Positions 29,760-38,742 of a stretch of DNA of 64,000 nucleotides are shown one piece after another. Source of the DNA: Competibacteraceae bacterium UBA6584 (lineage in GTDB: Bacteria; Pseudomonadota; Gammaproteobacteria; Competibacterales; Competibacteraceae); assembly GCA_002433805.1 (NCBI GenBank), contig DJIW01000128.1, positions 15,472 through 79,471 on the forward strand. The letters run 5' to 3'. The position numbers and the translations under genes were made by a program. Every line of letters starts with the position of its first letter. Within the stretch, counting starts at the first letter, position 1. The notes beneath the pieces are model-generated. The model worked only from the letters and a program-made list of their open reading frames with translations, made no database searches and had not been told where the DNA came from.

Positions 29760-30823
29760 CTGACCGCCCCACTTCGCTGACCCCGCCGACCGCCGGCTAT
29801 GCCGACTGGCTGGCCGAGCTGAAAACCCGCATCCACACCGCCCAGCAGCGCGCCGCGCTGGCGGTCAACCGCGAATTGGTGCTGCTATACTGGCAGATCG
29901 GCCGCGACATTCTGGAACGCCAAGCGCGCGAAGGTTGGGGCGCGAAGGTCATCGACCGGTTATCTCGTGACCTGCGCGAGGCTTTCCCAGAGATAAAGGG
30001 CTTTTCATCGCGCAACCTCAAGTACATGCGCCACTTCGCCGAGCACTGCCCCGATCAGCAATTTGGGCAGCAGGCTGCTGCCCAATTGCCCTGGTTCCAC
30101 ATCGTCACACTACTGACGCAGCTATCCATACCACAAGAGCGCGAGTGGTACGCCGCCCAGACGGTGCAACAGGGATGGTCGCGCACCTCGCTGGAAATCC
30201 ACATCAAGAATCGCCTGTTTTCTCGGCAAGGCCACGCGGTGACCAACTTCAGCGCCCGGCTCCCATCGCCGCATTCGGGCCTGGCGCACGACACCCTGAA
30301 AGACCCCTACCTGTTCGACTTCCTGGGGTTGGGCGACGAGGCCCATGAACGCGAAATCGAGAACGGCCTAGTGCGCCACATCACCCGCTTCCTGCTGGAA
30401 CTGGGCACCGGCTTTGCTTTTGTGGGGCGACAGCATCGGCTGGAGGTGGCGGGTGATGAATTCTTCATCGACCTGCTTTTCTATCACACCCGTTTGAAAT
30501 GCTATGTGGTGGTGGAACTGAAGGCCGTAGCCTTCAAGCCGGAACACGCGGGGCAGTTGAATTTTTACCTGTCGGCAGTGGATGCGCAGATCAAGGCCCC
30601 CGACGACAACCCCACCATCGGCCTGTTGTTGTGCAAGACCCAGAATCGGATGGTGGCGGAATACGCACTTTCAGGCATCGACAAGCCGATTGGCGTGGCG
30701 GAGTACGAGCTGATGCGCAATCTGCCAGAGCGGCTTACAAGCACTCTGCCTAGCATCGAAGAAATCGAGCAGGAATTGGCGGATCTGCCGGATGAACAGG
30801 CTGGCGAGCGAGGGAGTCACTGA
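29756..30823 (+). CDS. YhcG/DUF1016 PD-(D/E)xK nuclease family protein
   Basis: LYWQIG, GFSSRNL, LPWFH, KDPY, IDLLFYH, VVELK, GQLNFY. Confidence 0.92.
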   Translation: MTDRPTSLTPPTAGYADWLAELKTRIHTAQQRAALAVNRELVLLYWQIGRDILERQAREGWGAKVIDRLSRDLREAFPEIKGFSSRNLKYMRHFAEHCPDQQFGQQAAAQLPWFHIVTLLTQLSIPQEREWYAAQTVQQGWSRTSLEIHIKNRLFSRQGHAVTNFSARLPSPHSGLAHDTLKDPYLFDFLGLGDEAHEREIENGLVRHITRFLLELGTGFAFVGRQHRLEVAGDEFFIDLLFYHTRLKCYVVVELKAVAFKPEHAGQLNFYLSAVDAQIKAPDDNPTIGLLLCKTQNRMVAEYALSGIDKPIGVAEYELMRNLPERLTSTLPSIEEIEQELADLPDEQAGERGSH

Positions 30824-33800
30824 TGGGCTGGGAACTCGAAGATGTCGAAAAACCCTTCGTCGCCCAGTTGCAGGCATTGGGCTGGGCGCACGTCGAGGGC
30901 AGCCTGGACGACCCGGCCGTCACCGGCCGCGCGAACTTCGCCGAGGTCATCCAGGACAGTGTGTTGCGCTCGCAACTGTGCGCCCTGAACGCTGGCCCCG
31001 ACGGTCAGCCGTGGCTGGACGACCCGCGCCTATCCGAAGCGGTGGCGGCCATCACTCGCCTGGGCACCCACAAGCTGATGGAGGCCAACCAGAAGGCCAC
31101 CAAGCTGCTGATCAAGGGTCTGACGGTCGAGGGCTTGCCCGGCTGGGACGGCGGGCGTGGCCAGACCCTCCGTTACATCGACTGGGAAACGCCGGCCAAC
31201 AACCGCTTCACGGCGATCAACCAGTACCGCGTCGATTGCCCGCCCGGCTTCAACAGCGGCAAAACCTTCATCGTGCCCGACCTGGTGCTGCTGGTGAACG
31301 GCATCCCGCTGGTGGTGGTCGAGTGCAAAAGCCCGTCCATCCCCGAACCGCTGGCCGAGGCCGTAGACCAATTGCGCCGCTACAGCAACCAGCGCAAAGC
31401 GGCCTTCGAGGTGGATGAAAACGAAGGCAGCGAAGCTCTGTTCGCCACCAATCAATTGCTCATCGCCACAAGCTGCGACGAGGCCCGCGTGGGCTGCGTC
31501 GGCGCGGCCTTCGAGCATTTCGCGCGGTGGAAAACAGTGGTGGGGCCGGATGGCGCCGACGCCGCGGCCGAAGTGTCCCAACTGCTGGGCAAGAACGACC
31601 AGGAGCGGCTGATTGCCGGCCTGCTCGCACCCGCGCACCTGCTGGACGTGGTCAAAAACTTCCTGCTGTTCGTGCAGGTGGGCGGCCAGACCATCAAGTC
31701 CGTCTGTCGCTATCAACAGTACCGGGCAGTGAACCGCGCCATTGCCCGGCTCAAGACCGGCCAGACCCGGCTGACGCACGGCGAGCACGACCAGCGCGGC
31801 GGCATCATCTGGCACACCCAAGGCTCGGGCAAGAGCCTGACCATGGTGTTCCTGGTGCGCAAGATGCGCGCGGAAGCCGCGTTGCGGCGCTTCAAGATCA
31901 TCGTCGTCACCGACCGCAAGGACCTCCAGAGCCAACTCTCCGTCACCGCCACGCTCACCGGCGAGGTGGTCGAGGTCGCGGACAGCACGGCGAGTGTAAA
32001 GGCCCTGGCCCGGCGCAAGGGACCGGGGCTGATCTTCGCCACCATCCAGAAGTACCGGGACGCGGACACGGCGGGCGACGCGCCGCTGACGGCGGACGCA
32101 CTGCCCAAGGTGGAACAGCCAAGGGCCAATTACACAGCCGGCGACACGTTCGAGGTGCTAAACGAGGATGACAGCATCCTGGTGCTGGTGGACGAAGCCC
32201 ATCGCACTCAGGCCGGCGACTTGCATGCCAACCTGCTGGCGGGGCTGCCCAACTGCGCGCGCATCGGCTTCACCGGCACGCCGATCATCATGGGCGAGAA
32301 GAAGCGCACCCATGAGATTTTTGGCGCGTTCATCGACCGCTATACGATCCGTCAATCCGAAGAGGACGGGTCTACCGTTCCGGTACTGTACGAAGGACGA
32401 ACCGCAAAGGGCGCGATCAAGGACGGCGCAACGCTGGATGAGCTATTCGAGGACCTGTTCCGCCAGCGCACCCCCGAGGAACTGGAGGCGATCAAAAAGA
32501 AGTACGCCACCAAGGGCCACATTTTCGACGCGCCCGCGCTGATCGCCGATAAAGCGCGCGACATCCTGCGCCATTACGTCACCCACATCCTGCCCAACGG
32601 CTACAAGGCACAGGTGGTGGCCTACAGCCGGCTGGCGGCAATCCGCTACTTCGAAGCCTTGAAGCTGGCCCGCAACGAGTTGCTGGCAAAAGCCGAAGCG
32701 CTCTCTCCACGAGACAAGGGGCTGGACGACGAAGCCCTGTGCCAGCGGCCACCCAAGATACAGGCGGCGGTGCAAGCCTGGCGCTACCGCGACACGCTGG
32801 CCCGTATCGAGTTCGCGCCCGTTATTTCGGGCAGCAACAACGACGATCCGGCCTGGAAGCCCTGGACTGACGGCGCGGCGCACGAACAACTGATCCAGCG
32901 CTTCAAGAAACCCCTGTTCCACGCCCAGCCGGAGAAGACCGACCCGCTAGCCTTTCTGGTGGTGAAGTCGATGCTGCTGATCGGGTTCAACGCGCCTATT
33001 GAGGGCGTGATGTACTTGGACCGACCGATCCGCGAGGCGGAACTGCTGCAGGCCATCGCCCGCGTCAACCGCACCGGCTTCGGCAAGCGTTGCGGCATCG
33101 TGGTGGACTACTACGGTGTGGCGCAGCACCTGAAGGAAGCGCTGGCCGCCTATGCCGACGAGGACGTGCAAGGCGCGCTGGCCAGCCTGAAGGACGAGGC
33201 GCCGGTGCTGCGCGACCGACACCTGCGGGTGGTGGACCTGTTCCGCCAGCGGGGCATCGAGTCGCTTCAAGACACCGAGGCGTGCGTCGAGATGCTGGCC
33301 AGCGAGAAACTGCGCGCCGAGTTCGCCGTCAAGCTCAAGGCCTTCCTGGCGTCGCTCGACACCGTACTGCCGCGCCCCGAGGGGCTGCCGTACTCCGGCG
33401 ACGCGAAGCAGCTGGCCTACATCTACGCCCGGGCGCGCAACCGCTACAAGGACACGCCGGTCCTCGGTAAGGATGTCGGCGCCAAAGTGCGCAAGCTGAT
33501 CGACGATCACGTGATCTCGCTGGGCATCAACCCGAAGATCCCGCCGATCCAGCTCACCGACGCGCATTTCATCCAGCACCTCGAACACCTCGAAAGCGCC
33601 GACGCCGTCGAGTCCCGGAGGGCGATCGCATCCGAGATGGAGCATGCGCTCCGCTCGCACATCCGGCGACACCTGGACGAGGATCCGGTGCTGTATCGCA
33701 AGCTTTCCGAACGCCTTAACGAGATCCTGCGGACCCTCGGGGATCGGTGGGACGAGATCATTGCCCGCCTGAGGGAAATCATCGACCAGCTTCGCGAGGG

Positions 33801-34152
33801 CGCGGCTGGCGCGGAAGACACTCCCGACGATCTTCCCGAGCACTGCGCGCCCTTCCTTCGCACCGTGCTGGACGTGGTGTGCGCCGGACAAACGCCGACG
33901 CCGGCCGAGCTGCTGCGCCTGAAGGATGTGACGGTCGAACTGGTCGATCTGCTGGCTGAGGAACTGAAGGCCAACCCTCGAATCTGGAGTCCCAACAAGA
34001 TGCCAGACCAGGAAAACCTGCGTGATGGCGTGCTGTTTGAGCGCCTGATGCGCCTGCGCCCACCGTTGGTGGATACCGATAAAGCAGGTTTGCTGGCCGA
34101 CAAGCTGATGGAGCAGGCCCGCGCCAACCACGACAAGCTGGTGCAGGTGTGA
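30823..34152 (+). CDS. hsdR: Type I RM restriction subunit
   Basis: PDLVLLVNGIPLVVVECK nuclease motif, HTQGSGKS, DEAH, FTGTP, QAIARVNR. Confidence 0.93.
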   Translation: MGWELEDVEKPFVAQLQALGWAHVEGSLDDPAVTGRANFAEVIQDSVLRSQLCALNAGPDGQPWLDDPRLSEAVAAITRLGTHKLMEANQKATKLLIKGLTVEGLPGWDGGRGQTLRYIDWETPANNRFTAINQYRVDCPPGFNSGKTFIVPDLVLLVNGIPLVVVECKSPSIPEPLAEAVDQLRRYSNQRKAAFEVDENEGSEALFATNQLLIATSCDEARVGCVGAAFEHFARWKTVVGPDGADAAAEVSQLLGKNDQERLIAGLLAPAHLLDVVKNFLLFVQVGGQTIKSVCRYQQYRAVNRAIARLKTGQTRLTHGEHDQRGGIIWHTQGSGKSLTMVFLVRKMRAEAALRRFKIIVVTDRKDLQSQLSVTATLTGEVVEVADSTASVKALARRKGPGLIFATIQKYRDADTAGDAPLTADALPKVEQPRANYTAGDTFEVLNEDDSILVLVDEAHRTQAGDLHANLLAGLPNCARIGFTGTPIIMGEKKRTHEIFGAFIDRYTIRQSEEDGSTVPVLYEGRTAKGAIKDGATLDELFEDLFRQRTPEELEAIKKKYATKGHIFDAPALIADKARDILRHYVTHILPNGYKAQVVAYSRLAAIRYFEALKLARNELLAKAEALSPRDKGLDDEALCQRPPKIQAAVQAWRYRDTLARIEFAPVISGSNNDDPAWKPWTDGAAHEQLIQRFKKPLFHAQPEKTDPLAFLVVKSMLLIGFNAPIEGVMYLDRPIREAELLQAIARVNRTGFGKRCGIVVDYYGVAQHLKEALAAYADEDVQGALASLKDEAPVLRDRHLRVVDLFRQRGIESLQDTEACVEMLASEKLRAEFAVKLKAFLASLDTVLPRPEGLPYSGDAKQLAYIYARARNRYKDTPVLGKDVGAKVRKLIDDHVISLGINPKIPPIQLTDAHFIQHLEHLESADAVESRRAIASEMEHALRSHIRRHLDEDPVLYRKLSERLNEILRTLGDRWDEIIARLREIIDQLREGAAGAEDTPDDLPEHCAPFLRTVLDVVCAGQTPTPAELLRLKDVTVELVDLLAEELKANPRIWSPNKMPDQENLRDGVLFERLMRLRPPLVDTDKAGLLADKLMEQARANHDKLVQV

Positions 34153-34859
34153 TGCAATTAAAATCGCCCGGCCTCCAGGTGGGCGATCTGCGGTTCAGCG
34201 TGCAGCGCAGCGCGCGCCGCCGAACGATGCAGATCACGGTGGAGCGCGGTGGCGACCTGGTGCTGAGTGCCCCGCCGCGGGTGGACGAGGCCACATTGCG
34301 GGCCTTCGTGTTGGAAAAGCGCTTCTGGATCTACACTAAGCTGGCCGAGAAGGACCGCATGCAGCGCCAGGCGCCGCGCAAGGAATTCGTCGGCGGCGAA
34401 GGCTTTCTGTACCTGGGGCGCAGCCACCGGCTGAAGCTGGTCGACGAGCAGGACGTGCCGCTGAAGTTGGCCGGCGGCCGATTTTGTCTGCGCCACGACG
34501 CCTTGCCCGCCGCGCGCGAGCACTTCATCCGCTGGTACAGCGAGCGCGCCAAGGCTTGGCTGTCGAACCGTGTGGCCGACTACCAGTCCCGCATGGCGGT
34601 GACGCCGGCGGGCGTCAAGGTGCGGGACCTGGGCTACCGCTGGGGTTCGTGCGGCAAGGGCGACTGGCTGTACTTTCATTGGAAGGCGATCCTGCTGCCG
34701 GCGCGCATCGCGGAATACGTAGTGGTGCACGAGATCGTCCATTTGCGCGAGCCTCACCACACCCCCGCGTTCTGGCTGCGCGTGGAGCGCGCCATGTCCG
34801 ACTACGCGCAGCGCAAAGCCTGGCTGGCCGAGCACGGAATCGATGTCGAAGGAATCTGA
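34149..34859 (+). CDS. YgjP/DUF45 (M48/SprT-like) zinc metalloprotein
   Basis: RWGSC, YVVVHEIVH (HExxH), HTPAFW; overlaps the hsdR stop. Confidence 0.9.
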   Translation: MMQLKSPGLQVGDLRFSVQRSARRRTMQITVERGGDLVLSAPPRVDEATLRAFVLEKRFWIYTKLAEKDRMQRQAPRKEFVGGEGFLYLGRSHRLKLVDEQDVPLKLAGGRFCLRHDALPAAREHFIRWYSERAKAWLSNRVADYQSRMAVTPAGVKVRDLGYRWGSCGKGDWLYFHWKAILLPARIAEYVVVHEIVHLREPHHTPAFWLRVERAMSDYAQRKAWLAEHGIDVEGI

Positions 34860-34864
34860 GAACG

Positions 34865-37246
34865 ATGGCGGACTACTTCACCAGTGACCACTTCAAACTG
34901 CTGAACAAGTGGAAGGGGCAGAAGCGCGACGACACAAACCCCGAGCAGAACCGCGCCTACGAAGACCTGCGGAAGGCTTACGAGGTGACCGAGGCGTGGG
35001 CGGACCAGCTCAAGGCCAAGCTGTTCCCTGTCGGGCGCGTCGAGATCCGCAAGCGCCCGACCAACCAAGGAAACAACTTTTCCAGCTACAACTGGGCCAA
35101 GATCTATCCCTCCAACGAGGCCCCGAAGGAATTGGCCTATACAGTCGGCATCGACGCCGAGGGCGGCTTCGTGGTCAAGATCGATACAGTCGGGCTGGAC
35201 GACTTGGACGCGACACGGAGGGCCTATCTGGCGCTGCGCGGCGCCTACGATCCCACCGCGCCCTTCGTCGCCGAGCTGCCGGCGGTGGACGGTTTAGGGA
35301 AATCGCTGGACCAACTGGTGGCGTGGAGCGTCGAGGCCATCCGCGCCTTCAAACTGCGCTACGACGAGGTCGTCGCCAAGTTGAACTTGGGCCAGACGCC
35401 CAGCGACGAAGACCTGCTCAAGCACTTCGATGGCAAACCGGCGTTCCAGATCTTCCGCGCTTCATGGTCGCCCCAAGACAAAGCGCTGTTCTGTCGGCTG
35501 ACGCGGGCCGTTCACGCCGCCGGCCTGGACTGGTGGCACATAGGCGAAGGCGTCCAGGTGCGCTTCGGCCGCAAAAACCCCGGCAGCGAGCGAGCGGTCG
35601 GTGTTCTCGGCGTGATTCGGGGTGCCCGGACCCGAAGGATTTCGTTAACGCGGAACCTGGGCGAACTTACCAAGCTTAACCGCGCGCCGTTGACGGAGGG
35701 CTTGGTCGAAAAGATCGAAGCGAGCCTGTCGGCCGAGCGTGACGCACTCGACGGCTGGCTGGCGCTCGAAACAGAGCGGCCTGGCCTGTGGCCCGATCAG
35801 CTGCGTGACGACTCGGTTGATCCTGACGATGACGCGGACGATGAGGACGCAAGCGATGCCGGGGTCGTGAGGCAGCCGGTCAACCGCATCTACTATGGGC
35901 CACCCGGCACGGGGAAGACCTACGAACTAGCCAAGCTGCTCAAGCGCGAGTACGAGCAGGCCATGATCTCGGTGTCCAACGAGGAGTGGCGCGAGCAACT
36001 GATTGCGAACCGTATCGCCAACCTCACGTGGTGGGAGGGCGTGGCCGCCGCGCTGCATGATCTGGGCGGGAAGGCCAGGGTCGTACAACTCTTCGAGCAT
36101 CCGTTCATCCAGGCGATTGCCGCGACTAAGGCGCGCAACCAGAATGTCAGGCAAACGCTGTGGGGCACGTTGCAGCACCACACAATCGAGGAGTCCAAAA
36201 CCGTCAATATCAAGCTCCGTCTCGCCCCGGCGGTTTTTGACAAGACCGCCGGCTCGGTTTGGCAGTTTGCGGGCGATTGGAAAGAGGCTTGTGCCGATTT
36301 GATCGAGACGGTCAAGACCTATCAGGCTGGTGCGCCATCCTCTGGCACCGTTCAGCGCCACAGCTTCGTCACCTTCCACCCATCCTACGGTTATGAGGAA
36401 TTCGTGGAGGGACTTCGACCGGTGCTTGGTAACGACACGGAGGCCGGCGAAATGCAATACGAGATCCGGTCGGGGGCCTTCAAGGACCTGTGCCGTCGGG
36501 CATGCTCGGCGCCGGATCAGCGGTTCGCGATGGTGATCGACGAGATCAACCGGGGCAACATCAGCAAGATCTTCGGCGAGCTGATCACCTTGATCGAACC
36601 CGACAAGCGGGATGGCGCCGAGAACGCCGTTTCAGTGACCTTGCCGTATTCCGGCGAGCGCTTTTCAGTTCCGGCCAACGTCGACATCATCGGCACAATG
36701 AACACCGCGGACCGCTCGCTGGCGCTGCTGGATACCGCACTGCGCCGCCGGTTCGAGTTCGTGCCGGTGATGCCGGATGTTCGCGATGAACCGGGCGCGC
36801 CTCTTGCGGGCTTGCGAGTGAGTTTGGGCGAGCAGGTAATCAACGTTCCCCGTATGCTCGACGCGATCAACCAGCGTGTCGAGACGCTTTACGACCGGGA
36901 TCATTGCATCGGCCACGCCTACTTCACGCCGCTGGCCAAAGTGCCTGATGGGGACGAACGGCTGGTCGCATTGCAGCAGGTATTCAGCACCCGCATCCTG
37001 CCCCTGCTGGAAGAGTATTTCTTCGAGGACTGGCGGAAGATTCGTCTCGTCCTGGCAGACAACCAGAAGCTACCCGCCGCGCAGTTTGTCCGCGAGAGCC
37101 CCGATCGCGAGGATGACCTAGCTCGTCTCTTCGGCAACGACCATGGTCTTGACAGCTACGCCACCAAGCGCCGTTACATGGTGCAGGAGGCCGCTTTCTC
37201 GAACCCGGATGCCTACATCGGCATCTATCAAACCTTGCCGACCTGA
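34865..37246 (+). CDS. mcrB: McrB-family AAA+ GTPase with extended N-terminus
   Basis: GPPGTGKT, FVTFHPSYGYEEFVEG, IDEINRGN, GTMNTADRS (NxxD), ALRRRF, IGHAYF; ATG at 34865. Confidence 0.9.
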   Translation: MADYFTSDHFKLLNKWKGQKRDDTNPEQNRAYEDLRKAYEVTEAWADQLKAKLFPVGRVEIRKRPTNQGNNFSSYNWAKIYPSNEAPKELAYTVGIDAEGGFVVKIDTVGLDDLDATRRAYLALRGAYDPTAPFVAELPAVDGLGKSLDQLVAWSVEAIRAFKLRYDEVVAKLNLGQTPSDEDLLKHFDGKPAFQIFRASWSPQDKALFCRLTRAVHAAGLDWWHIGEGVQVRFGRKNPGSERAVGVLGVIRGARTRRISLTRNLGELTKLNRAPLTEGLVEKIEASLSAERDALDGWLALETERPGLWPDQLRDDSVDPDDDADDEDASDAGVVRQPVNRIYYGPPGTGKTYELAKLLKREYEQAMISVSNEEWREQLIANRIANLTWWEGVAAALHDLGGKARVVQLFEHPFIQAIAATKARNQNVRQTLWGTLQHHTIEESKTVNIKLRLAPAVFDKTAGSVWQFAGDWKEACADLIETVKTYQAGAPSSGTVQRHSFVTFHPSYGYEEFVEGLRPVLGNDTEAGEMQYEIRSGAFKDLCRRACSAPDQRFAMVIDEINRGNISKIFGELITLIEPDKRDGAENAVSVTLPYSGERFSVPANVDIIGTMNTADRSLALLDTALRRRFEFVPVMPDVRDEPGAPLAGLRVSLGEQVINVPRMLDAINQRVETLYDRDHCIGHAYFTPLAKVPDGDERLVALQQVFSTRILPLLEEYFFEDWRKIRLVLADNQKLPAAQFVRESPDREDDLARLFGNDHGLDSYATKRRYMVQEAAFSNPDAYIGIYQTLPT

Positions 37247-37260
37247 ACGCCGGGACAAGG

Positions 37261-38619
37261 GTGAGCGGCATCACGATCTACGAGTACGACGCCCTGATCG
37301 CGACGACGCGGACCGTGGCGGACGTCGAGGGTTTGCACCCAGTTCCGGAGAAGGTCTACGGATGGCTTGAGGAGCAGTGCCTGCGGGCCTCAGAGGACGG
37401 CGAGGCGGCGTGGCTGCGCCTGGCCCAGCGCCGGGGACGCCGCGTCGCGCAGGTCACGAGCTTCGTTGGCGTGCTCCGCGCACCGGACGGCTTCCAGATC
37501 GAGGTGCTGCCGAAAGTCGGCAAGAAGATGATCGGCGGCGGCGCGGCCGAGGCTCGTCAACTTCTGATCGAGATGCTCCGCTGCTTGCCAGGCTTTCGCC
37601 ACATTCAGACCGACAGCGCCAAGATATCCGCGGCGGGGATGCCTCTGCTGGAAGTATTCATCGCGGAATTCCTACGCGCGGTGGAACGAGTCGTCAAGCG
37701 TGGGCTGCGCAGCGACTATGCAACCCGGCAAGACAACTTCTTTACGCTGCGGGGCAAGTTGCTGATGGGGCCACATCTGCGACAGAATCGCTATCGGGCT
37801 GATCGCTTTTTCACCGAACACGACGAATTTGAGGCAGACCGGCCGGAGAACCGCCTGCTGCATTCGGCCTTGCGGCGCGTGTTGCTGCTGACGGCTTCGC
37901 AGGCTAATCAGCAATTGGCCCGCGAGCTCCAGTTCGTGTTTGCGGATATTCCAGCGTCGCCGCATCCCAAGATCGACTTCCAGCGGGTGCGTCTGGACCG
38001 TGGCATGGAATCCTACGCCGAGGCGTTGGCCTGGGCCCGTCTTATCCTTGACCAAGAGTCACCCTTGACAGGGGCCGGCGAACACCATGCACCGTCGCTG
38101 CTATTCCCGATGGAGGCAGTGTTCGAGGCGTTCGTCGCCCAACATCTAGCGAAGCAACTCGCGCGGCCGCTGATCCTGAAGACGCAGGCCCGTAGTCACC
38201 ACCTCGTTCGCCATCTGGCGCAGAGCTGGTTTCGGTTGAAGCCGGACCTGCTGATTCGGGACGCCGACCGCGATGTGTTGGTGCTAGACACCAAATGGAA
38301 GCTGCTGGATGGCCTTAAGGGGAATGGCACGGACAAGTACGGCCTGTCCCAGAGCGACTTCCACCAGCTCCAAGCCTACGGCCAGAGCTATCTGGGCGGC
38401 CAGGGGGACGTCGTCTTGATCTATCCAAGAACCGCCGCGTTCAACAAGCCACTGCCGGTGTTCGAGTTCCCGAAAGTCGAGGGCCTGCGGCTGTGGGTGT
38501 TGCCGTTCTGCCTGAAGTCGCGTCGGCTTTGCCTCTCACACGACGCTCCTTTTGCCGATGCATTCCGTGGCACAAACCCGCTGGAAGCCGCCGGCTCGGA
38601 GTTGTCAGCCGTTGGTTGA
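37261..38619 (+). CDS. mcrC: McrC-family nuclease
   Basis: FVGVL, IEVLPK, ENRLL, FPMEAVFEAFV, KPDLL...LDTKWK, QLQAYG. Confidence 0.9.
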   Translation: MSGITIYEYDALIATTRTVADVEGLHPVPEKVYGWLEEQCLRASEDGEAAWLRLAQRRGRRVAQVTSFVGVLRAPDGFQIEVLPKVGKKMIGGGAAEARQLLIEMLRCLPGFRHIQTDSAKISAAGMPLLEVFIAEFLRAVERVVKRGLRSDYATRQDNFFTLRGKLLMGPHLRQNRYRADRFFTEHDEFEADRPENRLLHSALRRVLLLTASQANQQLARELQFVFADIPASPHPKIDFQRVRLDRGMESYAEALAWARLILDQESPLTGAGEHHAPSLLFPMEAVFEAFVAQHLAKQLARPLILKTQARSHHLVRHLAQSWFRLKPDLLIRDADRDVLVLDTKWKLLDGLKGNGTDKYGLSQSDFHQLQAYGQSYLGGQGDVVLIYPRTAAFNKPLPVFEFPKVEGLRLWVLPFCLKSRRLCLSHDAPFADAFRGTNPLEAAGSELSAVG

Positions 38620-38706
38620 CGACTGCCAGCCTGCAACAGCCCGCGCCGATGCGATTAAGTTCGGTGAGCCCATTTTGCAGCAGACAACCACCCGCCACCC
38701 TCACTC

Positions 38707-38733
38707 AAGGCCGGGCACGAATCCGGCTTTTTT
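38707..38733 (+). terminator. Rho-independent terminator closing the island
   Basis: AAGGCCGGG-cacgaa-TCCGGCTTT followed by a T-run. Confidence 0.7.
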
Positions 38734-38742
38734 CTTTGACCT

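Larger units (their letters stand above)
25830..38740. mobile_element. Defence genomic island inserted downstream of tRNA-Ala (no integrase visible)
   Basis: Co-oriented RM/McrBC genes between the tRNA and core gene ttcA; parts show atypical codon usage. Confidence 0.7.

Noticed and set aside
34484-34864. Apparent 127-aa N-terminal extension of McrB in the ORF track
   Set aside because: Overlaps ygjP in another frame and is Arg/Ala-rich noise; ATG 34865 right after the ygjP stop is the plausible start
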